Shown here: piece after piece, positions 51,478 through 64,000 of the stretch | Layout of the letters: the number at the start of each line of letters is the position of its first letter | How positions within the stretch are numbered: position 1 is the stretch's first letter | Position numbers and translations under genes: made by a program | The notes under the pieces: model-generated | Told to the model about the DNA's origin: nothing | Databases searched by the model: none | Seen by the model: only the letters and a program-made list of their open reading frames with translations | Source: Vicugna vicugna | Taxonomy: Eukaryota | Direction: 5' to 3' | Length of the DNA: 64,000 bases | Assembly: GCA_013265495.1 (NCBI GenBank) | Contig: MU057597.1 | Span: forward strand, 148,563 to 212,562

Positions 51478-53599
51478 TTAAAAGTGAGAAGGGTAAGGAT
51501 TGTTTTTGGTGAAGTAAGTATTCTGACAGATTGAAGTTAAGTATTTGGAGCAAGTTGTGTCTCCCCACTTTATTTTTTAATTTTTAAAAAAATTCTTACA
51601 CGTCTTCCTAAGAGATTATGATATCATTCAACTAACAGTGATTTTTTTCTTTGTCTGTGTGGAGAATCCATGGAACACATGTATCAAACTCAGCAAAATG
51701 TCTATGCCGATGCAGTAGATATTCTGTCCTACACACAGAGTGACAGTCAATGTCTAGATGAGCTACAGAATGAGCAGTGTCTTCAGAGATCACAAAGTCC
51801 ACATTAGCTTTATAGAAATGTGAAAATTTCAATTATGATGGTGATAATAACAACGATTAACAGTGTTGGAATACTTCCTATAGGCTAAACATTCCTCAAA
51901 ATAAGTAATTTAGAGGCATGAATTTGTTATCAACATATTATCTCATTAGGAAAGATCTGTTCCCTTCTTACAAGGGACAAAACTGTGTCAGAAACACACT
52001 GAGAAACTCAACTCAAGAAGCTAAGAAATGTCACAGCAAGCACCTGAACTCAGAGGGTTGGGCTCTGAAATTCAACCTTAGGAATCAAACAATGAGTTAC
52101 AGAGAAATTCTGGAGAGGCTTTGGAGAAATGGAAACCCTACACTGTTGGTAGGAATGTAATTTGGTCCAGCCAGCATAAAACACACTACAGACATCCCTT
52201 AAAAACCTAAAAACAGACGTACGCTTTGATCCAGCAATCCCACTGCTGGGCACTGATCGGGAGAAAATTCGAATGCAAACAGAGACATGCATCCCAAGGT
52301 GCACAGCAGCAGCATTTACAGTAGCTGAGCCATGGAAGCAACCTGAATGTCCTTTGACAGAGACTAAATAAAGGCGTTGGCGAATATACATAGTGAAAGA
52401 CTACTGAGTATTAAAAAAAGAATTAAATGCCAGTGGCAGCAACATGGATGGGCCTAGGGATTATCATACGAAGTGAAGTAAGTCAGAGAAAGACAGATAT
52501 ATATGCTACCACTCATAAGTGGAATCTAACAAAATGATAAAATTAAACTTATTTTTAAAACAGACTCACAGACATAAAATACATATTCATGATGACCAAA
52601 GAGGAAAGTGGGGGAGGGATATACATCAGGAGTTTGGGATTAGCACATACAAATTACTATAGATACAACAGAAAAACAACAAGGTCCTACTGCATATAGC
52701 ACAGGGACTATATTCAATACCTCAAAATAATCTTTAATGAAAAAGAATTTCTGTATGCATGCATAACTGTATCACTCTGATGCACACCATAAACTAACAG
52801 AAGACTGTAAATCAACTATAACTCAATTTTTTTAAAAAAAAAGGAAACACTAGATGCATTCTTTCTGAAATTACAGTTGAGTGAAGTGGCCTGGCCGGGG
52901 CTCCAGCCTCTCACCACTGTACAATGTGCCTCAGCAGGGACCAACAGAGGAAGCAACGAGAGGAAAAACAGACAGGGAGTGACACAGAGACACAGACACA
53001 GAGGGAGTGTGTCAGAGAGTGGGAACTGTTAACTCTCACAAATCTAAGGAGAGGGAAAAGCTAAAGCTGAAAGGGTGGGAGAAGCCATCCCACCTACAGA
53101 GAGCAGGCGACTACACTGTGGGGCCAAATGACATCCTTCAAAGTCCAACAGCCCCCGTTCCTGGGCTCTCAGAAGGCTGCCTGCCATCACCCCAAAGATA
53201 AAGTATGTTCTGTCCTGGGTGTGTTCGCCCCAACAAACTAACAGCCCCAGGTAACACCCAATCTCACACTAGCTCAGGCTGGCTTCTTTCAGGCTGGTCC
53301 CCAGCTTATCCATCATAAATCCCACAGCCCTTCACAACCCTGAGATTCTTACCTCACCTACAGCCAATCAAAAAACTTGGGCACAGCCCCCAACCCATTG
53401 ACTTCACCAGCTCCTCCGCCCGGCCCGGAAAAAGACCCTGGAATTCCATTTCAACGCTCACACAGGCATACCTCGTGTGTGCACTCCACTGCTGTCTATG
53501 GCAGTGTAACCTGATACTTTCCTTTTCTATTTCCAGTTTTTGTCTCTGGTAAATTATTCTAGCACCCATGTACCAGTCTGCTGTGTTCTCCAGCATACA

Positions 53600-56410
53600 T
53601 TGTATTTGACAACATGACAAAATAAAGATAAAAAATGACACAGAACACAAAAGATATTCCATAAAGTTAAAAGAGTCCGTTCACCAAGAAGATAAAGGAA
53701 TTCTATGTTTATACCTAACATCTGAACTTCCCCGAAAATGAAGCAAACTTCAACAGAAATGAAGAAAGAAATAGAATCAGCTCAGAAATAGTTGAGGACT
53801 TCAGTGATCCAGTTTCACTTCTGGATGGAACCAAACTGAAGATGAAAAGGAATCACAGGACCTGAACAACACTACAGACCAACTAGATATAACATACACG
53901 TACAGATCACTCCAACAGCAGCAGAAAACACGCACTTCTCAAGCACACATGAAATATCCTCCGTGATAGAGCACATGTTAGGCCACAAAAGAAATCCTGA
54001 CAATTTTAAGACACAGCGATCATAAAACGTAACTTCTTGTAGTCACAATGAAATAAAACTAAAACAGGACAAAAAAAAAAGAAAAATTCTGCAAAATATG
54101 GAAACTAAGCAACTAATTGTTAAACAATCAATGGCACAAAGAAGAAATCACACGAATATTCTTAAACATTTGGATGAAAATGAAAAGACAACATGCCATA
54201 ATTTATAACATGCAGTGAAGGCTGTGGTGAAAGGGAAGCCAACATAGCAAAATAGTTACAACAAAATGCAAAGGATTTCAAACCAGAAAACCATTTTTAC
54301 ATCTCAAGAAAGTAGAAAGAGAAGATCAAACTAAATTCAACTTCAGCAAAAAGAAAGAGTGAAATAAGATTTGACCAGAGAACAGGAAAAGGAAATTAGA
54401 AACATGTAAATATCAACAAAGCAAGAGTTGGTGTTTTGAAAAAACTTAAATGGAAAAACCCATATCTAGATAAGGAAAAAGGAAGGAAAAAAGAATGAAA
54501 ACCAGATATGAAACAAGAGAGATTGCAACTGATATGGGGGGAGGGTATTGCTCAAGTGGTACAGCACATGCTCAGCCCGCAAGAGGTCCTGGGTTCAGTC
54601 CCCAGTACCTCCTCCTCCAAGCAGAAATCAATGAAGAAACATAAGTACCTCCCTCTCAACAACACAAGCAATTGAAATGGAAAGCAATTGAAAGTCTTTT
54701 TTAAAGGACTATAAGGGAATGCTATAAAAAAAAATGCCTACAAATTACATAATCTAATACATTTTTAGAAGCACACAACCTACCAAACTTTAACCATTAA
54801 AAAATAAAAAATATTGAACTGAATTATGACTACAGAGTCTCAAGTAGTAAGATCGCAAACAAAGAAAAACCCAGGATCAAATAAGTGCACTGCAGAATTC
54901 TACCATTTAAAAAAGATTAATTTCAAAAAAAAAACTTCAATCCAGAAAAAAATTCTGCATGGAAGATCCTGAAACAAAACCCACAGAAAGACCCAACAAG
55001 AAAGGGGAACTAAAAACCAATACTCCTCATGAATACTGATGCAAAATCCTTGACAAAGTACTAGCAAACCAACTTCAACAGCACATTGAAAATATCTGAC
55101 TTCATGAGCAAAAAGATTTTATTCCTATAAGGCAAGGGGAACATAATATACAAAAATCAATTCATTTGATATCAACATTAACAGATGAAAGAAAAAAACA
55201 CACAGATCATCTCAAGTAATCCATAAAAAAGCATTCTGAAACATTCAACAACCTTTCAAGACATAAACACTCAACAAAATAGAAACAGTAAATGTTCTCA
55301 ACAGAATGAATATCACTTATGGGGTGGGCATCAGTGGTAGAGTACATGCCTAGCATACACGGGGTCCCGGGTTCAAACCCCAGGACTCAAGTAAGTAACT
55401 AATCAATAAACCAAACTACCTTCCCCCATGAGCGAAGAAAACAAATGAATATGATTTATGAAACACGTACACCTAACATCATACTAAAAAGTGAAGGAAT
55501 GGAAGTTTCCTCATCTCAGATCAGGAAGAAGGCAAGGATGTACACTCTCTGCACTACTGTTTCAAAAAGTACTGAAAGTCCTGCCAGTGCAATTAGACAA
55601 GAAAAAGAAGTCAAAGTCTCGCAAAGTGAAAAAGAAGTAAAATTATCTTGTTTCTTATATGATATGGTTATATATTTATAACCTATAAATATTCCACAAG
55701 AAAATTGGTACATCAAATAATAATTTTAGAAAAGTTGCACAATAGAAAACAAACATGCAAAAATCAGCTCATTTCTGTATACAGTGAACAAAGTCAACGG
55801 AAAATTAGAGAAGAAAACTATTTAGTAAGTATTTAAAAAGGGATGAAATATTTACGGAATACATTTGCCAAAAAGGGTAAGGATTTGTACACTGAAAACT
55901 ACTAAACATTCCTAAAAGAAATCCAAAAAGATACACATAAATGGACAATCTGTACTCATGCACTGCAAGTATTAATACTCTTGAAATGTCCAAACTACCC
56001 AAACTCTTCTACATATTCAATGGAGTCATTATCAAAATTCCAATGGCTTTCTCTGCAGAAATAGGAAAAACACACTAAAGGTTATAGGGAATCTAAAAGG
56101 GCCCCAAATACCCAAAAAGCTGGAAGAACAAACATAGAGGCCTCCTTTTTTTAGATTTTAAAGCATACTATAAAGTAATCAAGATGGCACATTACCGGCT
56201 TAGACACAGGCACAAAAATCAATGGAACAGAAGAGAATGCTCGGATACAATCCTTCGCATCTATTTAAAATGTACTGACAAGGATGTTAAGATTGCAGAG
56301 TGAAAAAAAGACAGTCTCATAACAAATGGTGCTGGGAAACTGGGTATTTACCTGTAAAACAATGAAGCAGAAACCTTATGGGCCAAAAAACAACCAACAC
56401 AGTGAAAAGG
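53600..56410 (+). mobile_element. Degraded LINE-1 ORF2 (paralog of 33165-36080), with nested SINEs at ~54535-54655 and 55321-55445
   Basis: The same L1 ORF2 motifs as in unit B. Confidence 0.85.
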
Positions 56411-56478
56411 AAAAAACAGAAGAATGGAGATGATAGAAGTGATATAAAGAATTTCCAACCCTCAAACATTTAGATTTA

Positions 56479-56628
56479 GGAGGAAGGGTATAACTCAAGT
56501 GGTAGAGCACATGCTTAGCATACACAAGGTACTGGGTTCAATCCCCAGGACCACCTCTAAAAATAAATACTAAACAAACCTAATTACCTCCCCCACAAAA
56601 ACTTAAAAAAAAAAAAAAGGAAAAAAAA
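56479..56628 (+). mobile_element. C-specific Vic-1-like SINE with TSD
   Basis: Full head (agggtataactcaagtggtagagc...gggttcaatcccc) and poly(A). Flanked by CATTTAGATTTA / CACTTAGATTTA; empty site in B at ~36133-36154. Confidence 0.85.
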
Positions 56629-57303
56629 ACCACTTAGATTTATTTCATAGTTTAAAATAGATGATGGAATAAAACACCCTCTATCACTGATATCTCTTAA
56701 TCATTATTTCACTCACTGACTCACTCATTTAGCTTCGATTCTCTTAGAAAAAGTCACAACAAATTTCCCCTTATTGCTCTATTTCCAGAATTTACCAGGT
56801 ATTTCGCATATTAATACCGACATCCACATGGAGCTTCTGTTTATTTTAATGGAGGTACTGCGGACTGAACCCAGGACCTTGTGTAAATTTTTTTTTAATA
56901 TTTTGCTTTATTTATATTTTGGTTTTATTTTGGGGGGGAGGTAATTAGGTTTACTTATTTATTTTAAACATGCGCAGCTCCCTTATCTTGAGTTATAGAG
57001 ATTGGATAGTGCATCTAGATGGGCTGCTAAACAACCCTGCTGCCCACAGCACTGACACACCAATTGTTTAAATCCACTAGTGTGAAGCCCTGCCCAGGAC
57101 AATGCTCAGTGGAGACTCTTTGCACGTTCTAGGTCACTGGGTCATGGGGATGGAATCTAAGTGGAGATGACAAACACTGAGGAAAGAAGCTGGGTGACTG
57201 TGAATGTACAGGTGTCACGCAGGATACTTGTCAGAGTCAGACAAGATTAGCGAGTCCAAAAGAGGGTAATTTGGAAAGACAGACAAAACAATCAACTGAT
57301 GTG

Positions 57304-57310
<7 letters not shown>

Positions 57311-57350
<40 letters not shown>
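57311..57350 (+). repeat. (CA)n microsatellite
   Basis: ~19 uninterrupted CA units; not expanded at the B-equivalent site (~36812). Confidence 0.95.
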
Positions 57351-57352
<2 letters not shown>

Positions 57353-57858
57353 GGAGTACTATTCTGCCATAAAAAAGAATGATATGATGTCAAGTGTAGC
57401 AACATGGATGAATGTGGAGTTCATCATTCTAAATGAAGAAAGCAGGAAAAAGAAAAAAATACTATAGGATATCACTTATATGTGGAATCTAGAAAAAAGA
57501 GCCTAAGAAAAAAAAGATACATAAACTTATTTAGAAAAGAGCAACTGACTTACAGATATAGAAGACAAACTAAGGCTTACCAGGGGGAACAGTGGGGTGG
57601 GAAGGGATAAATTGGGATTTCGAGATTTGCAGATACTAACTACTATATAAAATAGATAAACAACTTTATACTGTATAGCACAGGGAACTATATTCAATAC
57701 CTTGTAGCAACCTATAATGAAAAAGAACATGAAAAGGAATATATGTGTGTGTGTGTGTGTATATGAAGGTAATGTTACACTGTACATCAGAAATTGACAC
57801 AACATTGTAAACTCACTATACTGTGATAATAAAGAGAAAACTGACAATATGACTTTAC

Positions 57859-57870
57859 CTGAGGAGTCAT
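57859..57870 (-). CDS. KZFP gene C first coding segment MTPQ (exon 2 extends to ~57953)
   Basis: ATG ACT CCT CAG|GTAAAG; one codon shorter than the paralogs, frame preserved. Confidence 0.82.
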
Positions 57871-59599
57871 TCCTGACTCCTTTTCTTTCTTCTTCCTCTT
57901 CTTCCTGACTTCTTCCTCAGACGAGTGGAGTCTTCAGAGATCAATCTTTCAAGCTGAAAACATTCTGTTTAACACTCCTAAAAAACATACCCACTTCCTG
58001 TGCCACAACCACACATCGGGGGAACCTCACCACGTGGACTAAACAGTCCTCTGCTGCCCACTGTCACAGGAGGGACTCAGGACAGGAAAATACACAGAGG
58101 CCAACCAGGGAGTTCTTCACATTTCTTGGTATCTCACCCCACTCGTGGTGAGGCCTACAAAGCGATTATTTGACAAGTGTACACACTGTGTAATAATTCT
58201 CACAAGAAAGTAATTATACTTCTCTCGAGATTACCATTTTGCCTCTATGTGGTGATTCCAAGTATACAGTCGCACTATGAGAGTAACTACAGTCAGCAGG
58301 CTGTACATTAGATGTGCGGGTTGCACTATTTTATTTTACAACTCAACGTTTGTAACCTTTGGCCTACATCTCCCCGTTTCCCTCTCCACCCAGCCCTCAG
58401 GACAACCTTTACACTCCAAGGCTCTATGAGTCTCACATTTCAGGTTTCCAAGGAGCGTCCTTCTTCTGTCCTAATACTGTCTTAATTCATGGCTGACATA
58501 AATTTTCTGTCCACCCATGTGTCAACAGACATTTTAGCTCATTCTGCATCTCGGCTGTCCTGAATAATGCAGTAATGCTCACTGGAGTGCAGATATTTCC
58601 CTCAATAGAATGATTTCGTTTCCTTTGAATATCTGGCCAGAGGTGTGTGATTTAAGCAAACAAACGTCTAATGTATTACATTGTAAAGCCATCAATCAGT
58701 ATGACGCAGATTAGTTGTCCACATCCAACAACTCACCTGCCATCTGCATTCAGTTTGCCCCCTCAACCTGCACTATGTGTTTCCATTTCATTCTTTATCT
58801 GTCTCCCTATTTCTTTCTGTGTCTCTATCTTTGTTCCCCTCTACCCTCCCTCTGTCCCTGCTGCGCTCCTATCCCCTCCCTGGCTCCGGTCCTGCCCCAC
58901 TCGGCAACGTGTTTCCCCTCTTGCTGCTCTTTCCCCCCAACCTTTCTGATTGCCCTGTATCTCCACGGATTTCTGCCTGATTCTTCCTCCACCTCTGCTC
59001 CCTGTCTGCCCTGTGGCTTACATCCCTTCTATCCTTTCACCCTCCCTTCCTCCCCACTCTCACACCCCAGGAGGCTGTGCCTCCTTCCTGCTCTTTCTCT
59101 TCCTCTGCTCTCCAAGTCAATAGCTGTCCTCTGTCCTCTGTCTCCCAGGACCACCATGCTTTGAAGGCCATGGTTCCAAGTCTTTTAAACTCTCTCCCAC
59201 TCCCTGTGTGAAGCGCCTAACCGTTGTTAGTCACCCTGTCTTCCCGCCGACCCAGGGCCACTCTCCTGCTGTGGCTCTCCAATGCCCGGAGATCCAGTTC
59301 ATTTATTCATGTCTATTTTATCCACCTGCTACTTTAAGGGATAAACCTATTTACAATCGCTTTGCAAGTGCCTCAGCCATCCCAAACAACATCATCGATT
59401 TTCTACCATTCTTTTCTCCTCAGTGTTTCTACCTTCCTCTGAGCTGCTTTCTCTTTCAACTGAACCCCTCGCCCAGGTACTTACGGACGAGTGAATAGGA
59501 TGCCCGCTTCAACGGAGAGACAGTTTTCCAGCGGGGTGGAATTTGAGACGTAACAATACTGGGGGGGGGCACAAGGCTGACTCACGTCACCTCCCCCTA

Positions 59600-60290
59600 T
59601 GTGGGGTGGGGGAAGGGCTGACTACGAGGGGAGGCTCGCGGAGCAGATGGACAGCCCTGAGGACGCCGGGACAGAGGGGCTGGGAGGCAGGAGGTCTCAT
59701 GAGAAGGCTGGGCTCCCCAGCATACCGGGACCTGGGAGAGGACTTGGCCTCCCGGGAGCGGGGCGGCTGGCGTTGCCCTCCAGGGGCCAAGAGGGCGAGG
59801 CTGGGGACGCGAGGAAGAGGATGTTACACGGGCGGGGTTGGAGGGAGGGAGTAGAGGGTTCTTAGCAGGAAAATATCAGGAAAGGCAGTGTCTCCGTGAC
59901 CGAATGCAAAAAAGCCAAGGGCAGGGACCAGCCTCAGAGCGGTTTCAGGATCCCCGACCTGGAGCGGCGCGTCCGGACTTACGTGGCCGGGGGGCCGGGT
60001 GTTGGGGCTCTAGGTTCGCAGTGACTCCCAAATCCTGAGGATGGAGGAAGGGGACCGCGCAGTACAGATTTATATTAGAAAAAAGGAACTTACCCTGTGC
60101 TGTGTGACCTTTCCTCCGCGCTCTCCACTTCCGGGTCCGTAAACATCGTCACATCCGCGAGATGAGAGGCGGAACTTCCGGGGCGGGGCCTGGGTAACGC
60201 TCCCGGGGGGGTGGGGCTAAGAGGGAGTCAGGTTTGCACAGGGACAGGCTGGAGGCTGGGCAGGGGACTCTGGGAGGCCGGGGGAGGAGA
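59600..60290 (-). promoter_or_regulatory. Gene C CpG island, promoter and exon 1 (donor GTAAGT at 60093-60088)
   Basis: CpG-dense; ETS ACTTCCGG at ~60127 and ~60174; GC box at ~60180-60189. Confidence 0.85.
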
Positions 60291-60629
60291 TAATGCTTCC
60301 CATTGTCTTGACCCCCTGGCTTTAAGTCCCTGAGTGGAAGAGTTTTTCCAGTAAAAGCTTACAGTTACATGGGCAGCTAAACTTGGAAATAAGATGTCTT
60401 GCTTCTGAGGCTCAAGCAATCCAGTGGCTGGGAACGTGGGTCTCCCAAGTGGTTGCCGTGGGGCCGTGGTTGGATCCCCGATTATTCCCTGCAAGTAGAA
60501 TTCATTTAAGGCTGTTTAAGGTAAAGAGCTAGACTTGTCTCTGTATTATAAACTAGAATGAGAAATAGAAAACTCTTCCCTAGTAGAATGGGCCATTTCA
60601 TACTGGCATGTACAAAAACAGCTTTTCCT

Positions 60630-61101
60630 TTTATCGTCTGACATAAATGCACAGCCTAAAAATTGAGTTATGTTTTATTTGGCGGGAGGACTCGAGGCGG
60701 GATGACAGCCCCTCAGATGGCTCTGAGGGAGTGCTCCGAAGAGGTAGGAGAGGAGCTAGGATATATAGGAGCTTTACAACAAAGACCAGGTAGTTGGAAC
60801 ATTTAAAGATTATTTGTTATCTAAAGAAAATCAGGCATCTCAAGTTCAAGAATTTAGTGCTTTTCTATGTATGGGAGGAAGCAAACATTTGGGCTCACTG
60901 AAGTCATTCCTTTTACAAGCACCTAGCTATCTAGGTTCATTATTTTGTCCTTTATTATTGTGAGTCTGCTGAGTGCACCACTGTGAGTGGCTGCAGAAGC
61001 AGGGCTGCAGGCCTGTCCTCAATGGAGGGCGGCGGCAGCTGCTGCTGACTTGTGTTTAGCATTCTTTCTTTACTGATATGGTTGCAGTATTTTCATTCAC
61101 A
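60630..61101 (-). mobile_element. 3' LTR (MER41-like, ERV1) of a minus-strand provirus
   Basis: On the minus strand the polypurine tract AAGGGGGAG (~61113-61105) precedes TGTGAATG; AATAAA near 60679-60674. Sequence resembles laurasiatherian MER41-type LTRs. Confidence 0.75.
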
Positions 61102-64000
61102 GTGCTCCCCCTTGGTCCTAAATTTGACCAAAATTTTGGGAAACATTTCATGACCACTTTTGTGCCGCAGTGCTAGGAAGGCTAATTCCAAGATCAGGTG
61201 AAGAATCTGTTGTCATGACACTCAAAGTGCTAGTTTTTGAATCAGGCCCTGTTGATCCTAAAAATTCTCTGGATCACCTGTCTTACTAGTCTATTATGAT
61301 GCAGGAAATGTTTACCCTTTGTTGCTCATTCCCATACTTAGAATCACACTATTACAATTATTCTATGCAGGGTTATAAATTTTATGTTTATCCTCAAGAT
61401 GTTTAGCCATCATCAGTCTTGTTGGAGGCCTAGTTACACACTGGGAAATGTAAGAGACAACAATCTTATAAAATGGATAGGATGTAAGTAATACAACTAG
61501 TAACGTTAATAAAGTCACAAGTAAGGATTTAATAGTCGAGAAGTTACATTTTGGGGTTAAAATTTTGCTTGTTTTTCTGATTGAGCTTGAGTGATCTTAT
61601 AAGAAAATTTATATTCATGGTCAGGCTGAGAGCGGGTGTTATTAATTGGCCAGGTGAGGTCTCCCACATTGTAATGTCAACAGTGGCCTAAACAGAACTA
61701 TAATTATAACTATAGAATAAATTTTCTGAGGGCTGTCTAGTTAGAACCTTGTAGTACGGAAACCCACCAAGGTAACACAGAAATACTAGATATAGGTAGT
61801 TTACCATAAACTTAACAATTGGAGTAGTTCATAATCAAAGGTATGAGCAATTATCAAAGTAATTGATATACAGGCCTGGTCCGGTGTCTTGGTTCAGCTG
61901 TTGACCTCAGATGTCATCTTCTTTTCACCCTGGCCTGGTAGCTTCTTCTCCATTTCAGCACTGTTTTAAGGTGAGCAGTACTCTATAGGCCAGTCCACTG
62001 CAGGGGTTTTTTGACTGGAAACTAGTCCAAAAGTCAGTGTCCTTCAGCTTTTGCTGTGTATCATCTGGTTAGGAGTACCTGATAAAGGATCCTTCCATTC
62101 AGGTTGGAGATAATTCTTTTAGTCATGCCGTTTCCAATATGTATAATCCCCTGGTTGCAGGTGATGGGGCATTGGACCTTCATCCAAGGAAGGATTACTG
62201 AGCTTCAGAGACAAACCTAGAGTGTCCGTTTAATAATTCAATTAACTTTGCAGCAATGTAACATAACAGTAAGGAATGATTTGGGAAGTGTCTTAGTAAA
62301 TATAGGCCTCAATTAACAAAACTAGAATTTAATATCCACTAAAATATAATCTTTTTCTCTCTAAAGTTACCCTCATTTTTTATCAAATATAGCCAAATCA
62401 AGACTAATTTGTTTACAAGTTAAGTCTGATTATTTGATCATGTAGTCTCTTTTAAATTGGCTGTGTTGGAACTTTTAATAAGGAGTCTCAGGCTAGAATT
62501 TTAATAAAGTTTCCTAAGGCCAGGAAAACCACGTCAAGGGCTTGTCATAGACTTTTGCCTTACAGATTTAGGTAAATTGTTTTCTTTTTAAGGTCCTTAA
62601 AATACCTTGAGATTCCTATACCTGTTAGGAGATGATCTTTTTTTTTTTTTTTTTGAGATGATCTTCTTAATTTATCTGATAGAGCCACTGGGGACCTAAG
62701 AGTTTGCAGTCTCTGGAGGGATCAGATAGAAAAGGTAACTGTTCCAAGTCTGCTTACATAGGTATAATTCATCAAATTGCTGTGAATCATAACTAGCTTA
62801 AGGAGAAGTGTTTCTTTATGTCTGGGAAACAGATTAAAAGCCAGTAATATTTCAGACAAAATCAAAAATTATAACCATATTCATCAGTTTACTCAGTCCC
62901 ATGCAACTAATCTTTTTGTTAACAGTTTTATGAAATCAGAGTTTTCATCAGACCTTTAAAATTTCTTACCCAGTTTAGTTCAGTGCTATAGTTTGAAATT
63001 TATTAGAAACTAGTAAATCTTGAAGAGAAAGCATTTTGCAAAATCATCAGAATAAAACAAAAACTGCTTATAAATGACAAAAGATTATAAAGAATGGTTA
63101 AACACCGTTATACTGTAATCAATAAAGAAACCTGGTCACAGTAACCAGAATTATGACTGGTAACATCTTAGATATACCAGAATTTTAGGGATTCATATAA
63201 TTTCTAGAATATCTATATTAATAATATTTTCTCATACAATATAACCTAGGAAGATTTATTCATTTGACATACTTCCCATGTTATTTAACATACCAAGTGA
63301 AACTTACTAGTTTAAAATCTCTCTTTGGGATGTTTCAGGGGTCCCTCTGTATCACCCCAAAGTTAACTGGAGGTCAAAAGAACTTTAATCAGAATTTGAT
63401 ATTTGGGAAACTTGTTAAAAGGTTTCAAAACACTTGGTAAAATAAAAGTATAGATCACTGTGAAAGAGTACCTACTCATTAACAAGAAAATATTTCAAAG
63501 GTAAATGTAGAACAGATCACTTAAGGGGTATAAGAAGCTTTACAATCTGTTACTGAAGGCGGATTAACATTTTAAGAAAACTTTGTCCTCTTAACAGAGA
63601 GAAAACTAAATCTAGTCTTGTACCAGCTTACTTCTAAGATTCATTTACTTTGACCAAATTTATTCTAAACTTAGCCAGTCCTGACCATGTACAAAACTGT
63701 TTTCTCAGGGTTCCTCTGCCACAAGCCTTCCACAGCTTTCTATACTCATGTTATTTTGTCCCTTATCTTCTCTTTCATTCAGAAGTAACCAGCTTCAGGA
63801 CAAAGTTACTATTTTCCATTAACAAAATATAACTCCATTCCTTATATCTTCCTTTACACATTCATCTTACTTTCCTAGGATACTGAGGTGTTTACCTTAA
63901 CAGTAGAGAATAGTTCAGGGTGGCACCAACCATTTATTAATATTTCTAAACACCTTTAGTTTCTCTGTAAGAGGAAGTCAAATGTTAATTAATTAATATT
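61102..64000 (-). mobile_element. ERV1 internal region, largely non-coding, continuing beyond the window
   Basis: Integrase C-terminal remnant LQPGDY.YWK...LQPEWK...QVLLT at ~62170-62068; contiguous with the PPT and LTR. Confidence 0.75.

Noticed and set aside
56479..56555. tRNA-like sequences with A and B boxes
   Set aside because: They are SINE heads with family tails, poly(A) and TSDs, not tRNA genes.
60630..61101. Interferon-inducible (STAT1/GAS) enhancer, as reported for some MER41 elements
   Set aside because: I found no TTCNNNGAA in this LTR copy.

Overview
Mammalian genomic DNA, most likely a camelid, inferred from many copies of a tRNA-derived SINE resembling the Tylopoda Vic-1 family. 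The window is part of a tandem cluster of KRAB C2H2 zinc-finger (KZFP) genes, all on the minus strand. It holds the 5' end of one gene that runs off the window start (gene 0) and three complete units: gene A (~7.9-21.6 kb, 8 fingers), gene B (~25.8-39.9 kb, 15 fingers, interrupted by an N gap) and gene C (~47.6-60.2 kb, 11 fingers). Each complete unit has a CpG-island promoter with ETS and GC boxes, a non-coding exon 1, a short ATG exon, a 127-nt KRAB-A exon, a decayed KRAB-B-like exon and a terminal spacer+finger exon followed by vestigial fingers. The spacer resembles the human 19q13.41-42 clade (ZNF347/415/665/677/845-like); one-to-one orthology cannot be assigned by eye. B and C are a tandem segmental duplication (~17 kb vs ~15 kb) separated by a defective class III (ERV-S/HERVL18-like, tRNA-Ser PBS) provirus that lacks a 3' LTR. 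ERV1-type elements lie at both window ends, with L1, MaLR and SINE fragments throughout. I see no convincingly new biological system. The notable signals are evolutionary: splice-site turnover, an apparent nonsense lesion in gene B, finger-array remodelling, nested stop codons, gene-conversion tracts, a template-switch rearrangement and different LTRs next to three of four promoters. Repeat family names come from recognition, not a database search, and repeat boundaries are approximate.
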